Source: a virus
Taxonomy: Duplodnaviria; Caudoviricetes
IMG/VR virus record: IMGVR_UViG_3300032320_000045
Location: 1-25,284 of that record
Strand: one strand, 5' to 3'
DNA length: 25,284 bases
Position 1 is the stretch's first letter. The number at the start of each line of letters is the position of its first letter. A model generated the notes under the pieces. The model saw only the letters and a program-made list of their open reading frames with translations, was not told where the DNA came from and ran no database searches. The position numbers were made by a program, and so were the translations under genes. Positions 8,925 through 16,511 of this stretch are shown here, in pieces.

Positions 8925-9422
8925 TTAAAAAACTATCCAGCGACTCCCTGACGGAACAGTTACAACAGAGCCATTCGCCTGAGTCACTGGTCCAATCGAC
9001 ATTGCAGAATAGCCAGTTGGGAAAGTGACGCTAGAACTGATTGTCAGGTTTTGTAAAAATAGACCGTTGCTTGCTCCAAACTGAGGCGCAAAAGCAGTAT
9101 TTGTTTGGTCTAAATTGACCGATTCTCCCGCTGGATAGGTAACAAAAACAGACTTTGTGCCAGCGCTAAAATTAACAAGGGAACCGCTATTACTAGAAGC
9201 AAGAACAGTGGTACGAGCAAGAGTTGTCCCTGAAGACGTATACGTGCCAACACCCACTTCCCACTCGGAAGTACCTTGTCCCGCAATACAGTAGTAAGTC
9301 GTGTTTCCATTACCAATTACCGCAAAAGACTGAAAACCAGTACTAGCACCCAAAAGGGTGACAGTACCAGTGCCAGTGGTAGTCGTAGTTTCCTGAACCC
9401 TATCGGCTAAGACTAACGGCAT
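8925..9422 (-). CDS. Tail/fibre-attachment structural protein
   Basis: MPLVLADRVQETTTTTGTGT...WEVGVGTY...LARTTVLASSN...FSAGTKSVFVTYPA. Its C-terminal module is shared with 6747..7961. Confidence 0.65.
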   Translation of the reverse strand: MPLVLADRVQETTTTTGTGTVTLLGASTGFQSFAVIGNGNTTYYCIAGQGTSEWEVGVGTYTSSGTTLARTTVLASSNSGSLVNFSAGTKSVFVTYPAGESVNLDQTNTAFAPQFGASNGLFLQNLTISSSVTFPTGYSAMSIGPVTQANGSVVTVPSGSRWIVF

Positions 9423-9435
9423 GTTAGTCCCCTAA

Positions 9436-10002
9436 TTAGGATGCAGTTGCTGAATAAGTAACGCTTAATGTATCGCCAGAGGTTACGGTCTTAGAACCAG
9501 CGGTAAAGTCGCCAGCGCTAAACAAAGTACCAGTAGTGCTATCTTTGGTGGCTGAACCGCCAACGTTGATAAAGCAACCAGCAACAGTACCAGAACCTGT
9601 GATTGAAAACGTTACAGCGGAACTGGTTGTTTTAACACCAGCAGAAGCAGCACTGAAAGATGGAGTAGGACGGTTGCCTGAGTAAGTAGGAGCGTTAGTA
9701 CCACCAACTTCCAACCATGATGCGTGGCTTGCCTGAGTATCGGCTGCAACCGCAGTACCAGTACCCTTTAAGCCCATCACAATTGCACCAGCAGCAGTGT
9801 TGCCTAGGTATGTATCAAGCACACCGTTTTTACCAACAGTAGTAACAACGTTATGAATGTCATCTTCCCATTTAATTTGACCATCAGCACCAAAGCACTG
9901 GACTACATAGTAGCCAGAAAGACTAACCGCTTCTTTATGCCCTGCACCACGAGTGACAGTTGCTTCGCAAGCATCCGCCATATTTACTTTTTCTGAAAAC
10001 AT
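9436..10002 (-). CDS. Virion structural protein (tail/collar)
   Basis: Beta-rich, Thr/Ser/Gly/Ala-rich; strong RBS (AAGGAG) upstream; tail-module context. Confidence 0.6.
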   Translation of the reverse strand: MFSEKVNMADACEATVTRGAGHKEAVSLSGYYVVQCFGADGQIKWEDDIHNVVTTVGKNGVLDTYLGNTAAGAIVMGLKGTGTAVAADTQASHASWLEVGGTNAPTYSGNRPTPSFSAASAGVKTTSSAVTFSITGSGTVAGCFINVGGSATKDSTTGTLFSAGDFTAGSKTVTSGDTLSVTYSATAS

Positions 10003-10017
10003 TAAAAATCTCCTTGT

Positions 10018-10428
10018 TTAAACACGGATTAAGGCACTATCAGCATTATTTGCTGGGAGCGTCACTACAAAATTTGGTCCTGCCGTTTTGTCTGAACCAA
10101 AGTTCAGTACCGCAATAGACTTATTGCTTCTGGTTACATTGTAAATGAGTGCTCCCCTGCAAGTAAAGGATGCTCCCGTCCACTGTATGTTGTTAAAACT
10201 AATAAACACGGTGTTTCCTGTGGTTTTAATAGTGACGTTTTGGCACTGTTTTCCACCAGCAACATACCCAGTTCCCACGACTTCACCCGTAGTTGTGTAT
10301 ACGGTTGTGTCGGCATCTAGATTGGCAGCCCCAGTATAGAGAGCCATATAAAGAGTATCAGTCGCCAAGTTTTGTCCTGCTTGGAGAATCTGCTGTTTAA
10401 ACGATGTGGTTATTGTCTGCTGAATCAT
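10018..10428 (-). CDS. Virion structural protein (tail)
   Basis: TSFKQ.IL...YMALYT...GY.AGG...RGALIYN...IAVLNFGSDKT pattern; tail-module context. Confidence 0.6.
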   Translation of the reverse strand: MIQQTITTSFKQQILQAGQNLATDTLYMALYTGAANLDADTTVYTTTGEVVGTGYVAGGKQCQNVTIKTTGNTVFISFNNIQWTGASFTCRGALIYNVTRSNKSIAVLNFGSDKTAGPNFVVTLPANNADSALIRV

Positions 10429-11081
10429 GTCACAGGATATTTAGGTGAACCATCACGGTAAGAATCACCCTTCTCTTTGGCATCGCCCAATTGTTTGAGA
10501 AGAGCCATTGCTTCGTCATATCTGCCTTTATAGAGAGCCAACATGTCCTGTTCGCCCTTCATATAAGTGATGGCTTCCATCAGAGTAGCGTTAAGAAGAG
10601 CAACGTCAAAGTTATCTCCAAGCCATGTACGACCATCTGCCGCATCTGTAATGGACTCAGGATAGAAGAAATAATGCAACTCCATGTTGTAGTTAGCATC
10701 TGGAGTCGGTCCAAGAATGAAGGCTAACTCGTCAGGGTATCCAAATTGCGGACCGAATAGACCGTAATACAAGGGTAAACCCGTATCAGTTGGAGATGGA
10801 TAGGCTTCACGAATAAAGTTTACGTCTTTATTGAGCAAGTAATAGTAAGACCCAGAGGCATCAATAACAGCCAAGGAGAATGACGACAAGAAGTCATTAG
10901 GGCAAGACAAGTATTTATTGTTAATTGTGCAAGTACCTGTCACGTTTTTACGCAACGATGGTAATTGAACAGCGTTATAAATCTTTTGTTCCGCTTGCTC
11001 AATCATGCGGTTCATGTCTACAGTCGGGAACGTATTCTCCGTGTAGGACTGTACCGCTACGACTAACTCATCATATGTCAT
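10425..11081 (-). CDS. Head-tail adaptor / tail tubular protein A-like
   Basis: N-terminal helices (MTYDELVVAVQSY...IEQAEQKI), central beta region with LGPTPD..Y, C-terminal helices (LLNATLMEA..Y.K...Y..A...L). Confidence 0.6.
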   Translation of the reverse strand: MTYDELVVAVQSYTENTFPTVDMNRMIEQAEQKIYNAVQLPSLRKNVTGTCTINNKYLSCPNDFLSSFSLAVIDASGSYYYLLNKDVNFIREAYPSPTDTGLPLYYGLFGPQFGYPDELAFILGPTPDANYNMELHYFFYPESITDAADGRTWLGDNFDVALLNATLMEAITYMKGEQDMLALYKGRYDEAMALLKQLGDAKEKGDSYRDGSPKYPVT

Positions 11082-11091
11082 TCTTTAATCC

Positions 11092-11355
11092 TTAAGCCAT
11101 CGGTCCACGAGTCTTAATACCCTTGGTTGCAGCGCCATAACCACGCATGGTTTGCTCACCATACTTGTTTTCTTTTGGCTCTGTGTTCTTTGTGTAACCA
11201 CCAACAGACATATTGACACTGTCAATCCCATTACCTTTTTTGGTAACGCAGTTTTCTACTGAGGTCATCTTTTTGCCAGACATAGTGTGTGGCTCGGCAT
11301 AGACGCTGGCATCGCCAACTTCTTTACCCATTACTTTTTTAGAAAATTTAGCCAT
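11092..11355 (-). CDS. Small basic Lys/Gly-rich protein
   Basis: 87 aa, ends in MRGYGAATKGIKTRGPMA; packed in the operon. Confidence 0.65.
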   Translation of the reverse strand: MAKFSKKVMGKEVGDASVYAEPHTMSGKKMTSVENCVTKKGNGIDSVNMSVGGYTKNTEPKENKYGEQTMRGYGAATKGIKTRGPMA

Positions 11356-11357
11356 GA

Positions 11358-11555
11358 TTAACGACCTCTTCCTGAAGATTTTTGATTCATAGCACGAGCC
11401 ATATTGCGACCAACTTCTTTCATTTTCATGGATGTAACGCCAGCAGATTTCTTGCCACCGTTTAAACCCATTACAGTTGGACCGCTATCACCGTAGTTAT
11501 AACCCTTGGTTTTGCCTTTTTTAGTAATTCCGTCTGCGCCTTTTTTGAATGACAT
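11358..11555 (-). CDS. Small basic Lys/Gly-rich protein
   Basis: 65 aa with ADGITKKGKTKG; AGGAG RBS upstream. Confidence 0.65.
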   Translation of the reverse strand: MSFKKGADGITKKGKTKGYNYGDSGPTVMGLNGGKKSAGVTSMKMKEVGRNMARAMNQKSSGRGR

Positions 11556-11565
11556 TTTCTGCTCC

Positions 11566-11991
11566 TTAAGTTGATATTGTTACTGTACCCAATCGGATGT
11601 TTAAAGCCAAGTCATTTGGTGTTAAACCTACATCCGAACCTCTTGCACCTCCAACTGGATTCCAGCCCCACTGAAAGGTTCTACTACCTTCCTCTTGATA
11701 CCCAACGCCCTCTTCTGTGGTGTCGTTTGTACCATTAATCTGTAAACCGCTTGAACCAGACATCCGATAACTTACGTCAGGTCTTGGCTCCCGTACCGCC
11801 TGTGGGTCATACACTGGATACATACCCAGAGATAACTGTGGCTGGTCGGGGTCCCAACAATCTGGGCAGACCTTCAAGTTATACAGTTTAGTCTTTACTA
11901 TTTCTTTCCGTAATTCCTTTAACTTGTACCTCTGACCGCATCTGTCGCACTCCGCAATCGAATACTTGCCTGACGCATAATTACTTGTCAT
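11566..11991 (-). CDS. Zn-ribbon protein of the morphogenesis module
   Basis: CDRC...CPDC pairs followed by DPDQPQL and DPQAVREPRPD. Confidence 0.6.
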   Translation of the reverse strand: MTSNYASGKYSIAECDRCGQRYKLKELRKEIVKTKLYNLKVCPDCWDPDQPQLSLGMYPVYDPQAVREPRPDVSYRMSGSSGLQINGTNDTTEEGVGYQEEGSRTFQWGWNPVGGARGSDVGLTPNDLALNIRLGTVTIST

Positions 11992-11994
11992 ACA

Positions 11995-12933
11995 TCACCA
12001 AAACAATTGACGTGGAGCCAAGCGGAGAGAGGCTTTTTCACGGTCTTCCGTTGAAGCGGTAAGCCATGCCTCGTCATACATCTGCTTGAGCAACTGAACT
12101 TTGTCTAGCGCCTCTGGATTTTTGACTGCAAGGTGGTAAGCCAAGCCAGCAACCAGCGCTGGAACAAGGCGGAACGGTACGTCTTGCACAGAAGTACCAC
12201 CACCAGCGTCTTGAATCCTACGCATGCGCCAATAAACCAAGGTATATGGGCTTCCACCAGCATCAGGGGTGGGCCAAACGCTCACACTGTTCAAATTCTT
12301 GGTCAAAATTGCTGCTCCAGCAGTATGAGCCGCAGCAGTTGTACCGTTTTGACCACGAGCACACAGTTGTAGGACGTTTCCTAAGATACTGGTGTAGTAA
12401 ATGGTCTCGTTATCAATCTGAATGTACCCAGATGCACCTAAATCAGCAGTAGAACTGACCTGAATCGTGGTATCTGTGGAAGAAATATTAGCCGTTGTCC
12501 CATTTCCCACCAAAACCGCAGTAGTTGCGTTGGTTTGAGCGGTCTGGCGGTTAATAAACAACTGAATTGGTCTGCCTTGTGCCAGTTTATTAGGCACTTG
12601 CAGGTAAGTTGTAGACGAAATACGGGTAATGTTGATGTCAATCTGATTGACTGTGCCCTGATTCTGACGAATAACGTGGTCTAGGAGGTCGATTGTGTCG
12701 TCTGGAAGGGGGTAGGCTACTTGTCCAGTGACCAAAGGAATCTCTCCCTCCTCAATAGTCCACAAATTGATGCCACGGTTAGCCCATTCCATCGTCATTA
12801 AGTTAAGGCTGCGCCTAGCGGTGCGTAACTGATAACCAGTACGCATCTCAATGCCACAGCGCTCATACGCCTCTTCCGCCATTTCATTGAACGGGAGGTT
12901 AAAGTCCGTGGTTCCGCTAGTTCTAATTGCCAT
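11995..12933 (-). CDS. Head-tail adaptor-like virion protein with an inserted beta domain
   Basis: EEAYERCG...ARRSLN....WANRGINLW, VWPTPD and LVAGLAYHLA...Y.E.W..A..EDRE; insert containing RGQNGTTAAAHTAGA. Confidence 0.6.
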   Translation of the reverse strand: MAIRTSGTTDFNLPFNEMAEEAYERCGIEMRTGYQLRTARRSLNLMTMEWANRGINLWTIEEGEIPLVTGQVAYPLPDDTIDLLDHVIRQNQGTVNQIDINITRISSTTYLQVPNKLAQGRPIQLFINRQTAQTNATTAVLVGNGTTANISSTDTTIQVSSTADLGASGYIQIDNETIYYTSILGNVLQLCARGQNGTTAAAHTAGAAILTKNLNSVSVWPTPDAGGSPYTLVYWRMRRIQDAGGGTSVQDVPFRLVPALVAGLAYHLAVKNPEALDKVQLLKQMYDEAWLTASTEDREKASLRLAPRQLFW

Positions 12934-13184
12934 TATTTAATCTTTCGGTACGGTTTTACTTTTGCTTTTACCTTTTTGGGCTGCGGCACGAACTGCTGCC
13001 CCCGTGCTTTTCCTGCTCGCTTGGCTTTTGTTGTTGCTGCGTACTCCTGTGGGCTTAACGCTTCTATTGCTTTTTTTGGCAGGTATCGTTCCCCCGTCTC
13101 GGACGACTTCTTCCCTGACTTGGTTGTCCACTTCTGGTCTCCCCAAGCCTTTAAAGAACGTTGCGATTTTGCTAAACCACTCAT
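12933..13184 (-). CDS. Small basic protein (resembles the C-terminal half of a DUF5872-type domain)
   Basis: SQRSLKAWGDQKWTTKSG...GERYLPKKA...QFV; ATGA overlap with the upstream gene. Family name is from memory. Confidence 0.6.
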   Translation of the reverse strand: MSGLAKSQRSLKAWGDQKWTTKSGKKSSETGERYLPKKAIEALSPQEYAATTKAKRAGKARGQQFVPQPKKVKAKVKPYRKIK

Positions 13185-13453
13185 TTATACCCACCGCCAG
13201 CCGCCTTATATTTTTTTGCAACTAATTGAGCCTTACGTGCAGACCATTGACCAGCGCCAGTACCCTGTGTTGCGGCAGCCTTTACTTGAGAAACAATGCG
13301 CTTACGTAGACTTGGTTTCGTGTAATTACCCGCAGCATTAACCGTCCCGCCTTTAGAGTACTCTGTAAAGTCGGAACTATCTTTGCGAGCCTTGCGGACT
13401 CCTTTAGGCATTTTGGACGGGAGAATATCTCCCATCCCACGAGAGGCTCTCAT
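13181..13453 (-). CDS. Small basic protein (leader ending YSKGG plus N-terminal half of a DUF5872-type domain)
   Basis: NYTKPSLRKRI...GQWSARKAQLVAKKYKAAGGGYK. Family name is from memory. Confidence 0.6.
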   Translation of the reverse strand: MRASRGMGDILPSKMPKGVRKARKDSSDFTEYSKGGTVNAAGNYTKPSLRKRIVSQVKAAATQGTGAGQWSARKAQLVAKKYKAAGGGYK

Positions 13454-14083
13454 TTAGCACATCTTTCCACGGGTTTTACCCTTTTTGGCAATACCGTCAG
13501 CAGACTTAACGTAACCGCCTTTAGCCATTTTAACCATCTCAGCGCCACGCTTAGACTTGGTTTGCACTGAATGCTCACCTTTAGAGGCAATACGACCACC
13601 TTTTTTCATTGGCATTGTTGGTGCTGGAGCAGCAGCAGGGGCAACAGGACGAGCCATAGTAGGACGACCTTGTGGCTGACCCATTGCAGGAGCGCCTTTG
13701 CCAGCCATCATTGCACGTTTTTTAGCCATCATTGCAGCCATACGTGGGTCAACTTGTCCGCCAGCAGCCATTTTCTTAACGTTGCCGCCACCGCACATAT
13801 CAGCCATACCGCCTTTTTTCAAAGCCAATTTAGTGCCTTTGCCACCTTTGTGCTCTTGCAGGTCATGCTGTTTAAAGGCTTTTTTAATCATCGCCTTGTC
13901 TTGCTCTTTGTCCATCTTCATGTCGTTTTTCATGATTCCACCTTTTCTAAATTTTTTGCCTTTATCGGCTTTACTAAACTCTTGACCTACCGATTGCGGT
14001 ATGCCAACCTTTTTAGCAAAAGCCTTGTTATGGGCAATTGCTTCCATAAAATTGTGTTGCTTTTTACTTGTTGATGGCATCAC
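13454..14083 (-). CDS. Basic low-complexity Lys/Met/Gly-rich protein with repeated xxKGG motifs
   Basis: FRKGG, LKKGG, MCGGG, MAAGG, MKKGG, MAKGG; ends in ADGIAKKGKTRGKMC. Confidence 0.7.
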   Translation of the reverse strand: MMPSTSKKQHNFMEAIAHNKAFAKKVGIPQSVGQEFSKADKGKKFRKGGIMKNDMKMDKEQDKAMIKKAFKQHDLQEHKGGKGTKLALKKGGMADMCGGGNVKKMAAGGQVDPRMAAMMAKKRAMMAGKGAPAMGQPQGRPTMARPVAPAAAPAPTMPMKKGGRIASKGEHSVQTKSKRGAEMVKMAKGGYVKSADGIAKKGKTRGKMC

Positions 14084-14326
14084 TTACCTTTTAATAAGTT
14101 GGTCAATCTTGCTTTCAAGTTTGTTAAAGCGAGCATCAATGTGCTCCATAACTTTGTCAATTTCTGCTTGAGTAACGTTATCACGTGCCACTTCCTCTCT
14201 TGTTTTATTTAACAAAATACTGATACGGGCTAATTCTGCAAATTTCTCATGCATGATGTAACCAATTACTGCCATAAAAATGGTCAACCCACCCGTCCAT
14301 ATTTCCATCATGCTTAACATTTCCAC
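14084..14326 (-). CDS. Small membrane protein (TM plus coiled coil)
   Basis: IWTGGLTIFMAVIGYIM followed by a heptad-like C-terminus (IDARFNKLESKIDQL). Confidence 0.6.
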   Translation of the reverse strand: MEMLSMMEIWTGGLTIFMAVIGYIMHEKFAELARISILLNKTREEVARDNVTQAEIDKVMEHIDARFNKLESKIDQLIKR

Positions 14327-14556
14327 GCTCTTAGAGATTTATTAATACGAGATTGCGGGTCTTTTGCTGTCTTCTCGCTCGTTAGTTTTTTCTTCATGCC
14401 TTCCATACGGGCGCAAAAAGACTTCTTCCTCTTACCGCCTTCTGGCTGGGGAGGCTTTAAATTCATACCTTCCTTTTTGGCGGAGGCACGACCCTTGGCG
14501 TTTAAACCACCTTTAGGATTTTTGCCTTCTTTGCGAGTCCAAGCGGGAGTTTTCAT
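14314..14556 (-). CDS. Small basic protein
   Basis: AWTRKEGKNPKGGLNAKGRAS...RKKSFCARM...SLRAWKC; overlaps both neighbours. Confidence 0.65.
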   Translation of the reverse strand: MKTPAWTRKEGKNPKGGLNAKGRASAKKEGMNLKPPQPEGGKRKKSFCARMEGMKKKLTSEKTAKDPQSRINKSLRAWKC

Positions 14557-15302
14557 GATGCTTCCTTTTGAGCGTCAATAGGACGCAACATTGGATAGAG
14601 GTAATCTTCGCCAAAAGAACCTTCAAATTCATGAATGCCCATGTGACCAAGTTTGATTGTAGGGTCAATCCATACTTCATAGCCATGCTCACGGGCACGG
14701 TCACAGAATACGTAGTCTTCTCCTACGTAACCTTCTGGTGTGGATTTGAAATCAAAGAACGAATAGGACGGTTTTTCTTGAAGGCGGTCATCAATGTATT
14801 GCCATTCAGGATGAGCGTCTCTAAGGGTCTCTAAAACGTCCCTACGGATAATCATGAAGGCTGTTGCTACCCGCTTTGCACGTACCAGACCCATGTTGTT
14901 CATTTGCACGTTCTGGTCAGCATCTATATCAAGCGTTGATATATATACTTTGCCCTTCTTACGGGCTACTGGAATGCCAGCCACGATACCCTTTTTAGGG
15001 TCACTATTCCAAGCCATTAGCCTGAAAATATCGTTGGCATCAAAGTTAATGTCTGAGTCGATAAACATTAAGTCAGTGCAGTCTGACTCTAAGAAATCAT
15101 ACGCAATGAGGTTACGGGCACGAGAAACAACAGAGCATCCAGAGATATTGCCTACCTGAATTTGAACTCCGTGTTTCTGAGCCTCCACGCAAAAATGGGC
15201 AAAAGAAATCGCCCATTTAGTAGTTACCTTGAAGTCGTAAGACGGAATGCCAATCATGACTTTCCGTCCCGCTAAACTGTATGAGGCTTCTTGACCGTCC
15301 AT
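14553..15302 (-). CDS. Glycosyltransferase, GT-A fold (GT2-like)
   Basis: VMIGIPSY first strand, SRARN, LMFIDSD (DxD motif), TAFMIIRR, GEDYVFC and IKLGH. Confidence 0.8.
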   Translation of the reverse strand: MDGQEASYSLAGRKVMIGIPSYDFKVTTKWAISFAHFCVEAQKHGVQIQVGNISGCSVVSRARNLIAYDFLESDCTDLMFIDSDINFDANDIFRLMAWNSDPKKGIVAGIPVARKKGKVYISTLDIDADQNVQMNNMGLVRAKRVATAFMIIRRDVLETLRDAHPEWQYIDDRLQEKPSYSFFDFKSTPEGYVGEDYVFCDRAREHGYEVWIDPTIKLGHMGIHEFEGSFGEDYLYPMLRPIDAQKEAS

Positions 15303-15305
15303 TGT

Positions 15306-15821
15306 TTATCCGTAGTAAATGTTTGCTGCGGTTAAATTTGTTATATAACCATACAAGCCATTGTCCGCCCTTACACCTTCTCCGGGAATAAATGGAGCAT
15401 TGTTATATGTGTCACCAGCGGCTACATCATATGTTATTAACCATTTTCCAGTTGAATAAACCATTGCAGCGCCAGCAGTAATTGAACCGCTGTTAATGTC
15501 TGTAATAGTAAAAGTACTGGATGTTAATACTGTGACAGCATAATTTCCGTTTGTAGCAGTCCCACCTGTACCAGCAGCAAAATCAATACCAATAACTTGT
15601 CCATTGGCTAATCCATGTGCTGATTGAGTTACAGTAACGGTTGTTCCTGAACGACCATAAGTTCCCGTAGTTACAGGGGCTGTTAGCGTATCAAATACAA
15701 CTAATTGACCAGCGGTAGCCGTGCCAGTTAATGAAATGCCTTTAATACGAGTCGGTCCAACAACAAAAATGCCGCTACCGTTTAAATGCGCCTGTTTTAC
15801 GTCATATTGCATACCCATCAT
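15306..15821 (-). CDS. Virion structural protein with a small inserted beta domain
   Basis: Insert TVTVTQSAHGLANGQVI...NGNYAVTVLTSSTFTI; AAGGAG RBS upstream. Confidence 0.55.
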   Translation of the reverse strand: MMGMQYDVKQAHLNGSGIFVVGPTRIKGISLTGTATAGQLVVFDTLTAPVTTGTYGRSGTTVTVTQSAHGLANGQVIGIDFAAGTGGTATNGNYAVTVLTSSTFTITDINSGSITAGAAMVYSTGKWLITYDVAAGDTYNNAPFIPGEGVRADNGLYGYITNLTAANIYYG

Positions 15822-15834
15822 TAATCTCCTTAAA

Positions 15835-15861
15835 GTTTAAACGGGGAGGAAAAACCTCCCC
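15835..15861 (-). terminator. GC-rich hairpin, possible weak intrinsic terminator
   Basis: Stem GGGGAGG/CCTCCCC (15843-15849 and 15855-15861) with a 5-nt loop, followed on the minus strand by GTTTAAACTTT. The U-tract is poor. Confidence 0.45.
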
Positions 15862-15867
15862 TCAAGA

Positions 15868-16332
15868 TTAATTTTGGAATGCGGTTGGGTTTGCAGCCCC
15901 GTCAGAATTACGTACAGAGTAAGTAATGATGATAGTTGCAGCACCAGTGCTTAACGCAGTACCAGCCAATGTGTAAGTAACGATAGCATCAGTAGTGCCA
16001 ACGTTTAGCCACAAAGCAGGGGTAGTTGCGTTAGCGGTCAAACTAATGCCGCCTACGCTAGTAATCGTGCCAGTAGTAGTGAAGTCAACAGCGCCAATAC
16101 TTAGTTTGGCAGTAGTTGCAGCACTGAATACAGTAGTTGTTACGATTTTTACATCAGTAACTTGTGAGCCAGCAGGAAGAACAAAAGCAGTACCAGTAAG
16201 AGTACCAAAAACAACTTCCTGAGATTGAGAAACAGTGGTTACACCCATGTTTTCAATAGTTCCAGCAACAGTGCCAGTAGTGTCTTTAACGGTTCCAAGT
16301 CTCCAAGGACCAAGGTGAGTAGCGAAACCCAT
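15868..16332 (-). CDS. Putative head decoration/minor capsid protein
   Basis: Beta-rich with LPAGSQVTDV; first gene after the major capsid gene, with its own candidate promoter and structured leader. Confidence 0.5.
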   Translation of the reverse strand: MGFATHLGPWRLGTVKDTTGTVAGTIENMGVTTVSQSQEVVFGTLTGTAFVLPAGSQVTDVKIVTTTVFSAATTAKLSIGAVDFTTTGTITSVGGISLTANATTPALWLNVGTTDAIVTYTLAGTALSTGAATIIITYSVRNSDGAANPTAFQN

Positions 16333-16346
16333 GATTAATTTCCTTT

Positions 16347-16413
16347 ATGCAAAAGTCCCTATGCCATCTTTGCATCGTCCGCTGGGGCGGTTGGCATAAG
16401 TAAAAATACCCAG
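16347..16413 (-). ncRNA. Candidate structured leader RNA: two hairpins with loop-loop pairing
   Basis: Pairings CUGGG/CCCAG, UAUGCCA/UGGCAUA and AUGCAAA/UUUGCAU in a-b-a'-c-b'-c' order, ending directly at the AAAGGA RBS. Confidence 0.55.
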
Positions 16414-16421
16414 ATGTTCCA

Positions 16422-16450
16422 TTTATACACGCAATTTAAACGGCTTGCAA
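16422..16450 (-). promoter_or_regulatory. Sigma70-type promoter
   Basis: TTGCAA-N17-TATAAA on the minus strand, directly downstream of the capsid-gene terminator. Confidence 0.55.
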
Positions 16451-16458
16451 CCGATTTT

Positions 16459-16492
16459 AAAAGAAAAAACCCTGCTTTTTATGGCAGGGTTT
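16459..16492 (-). terminator. Rho-independent terminator after the major capsid gene
   Basis: Minus strand AAACCCTGC-cataaaaa-GCAGGGTTT followed by TTTCTTTT, about 20 nt after the stop codon. Confidence 0.8.
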
Positions 16493-16511
16493 CCCTAGGT
16501 CAAAGGTGCAA

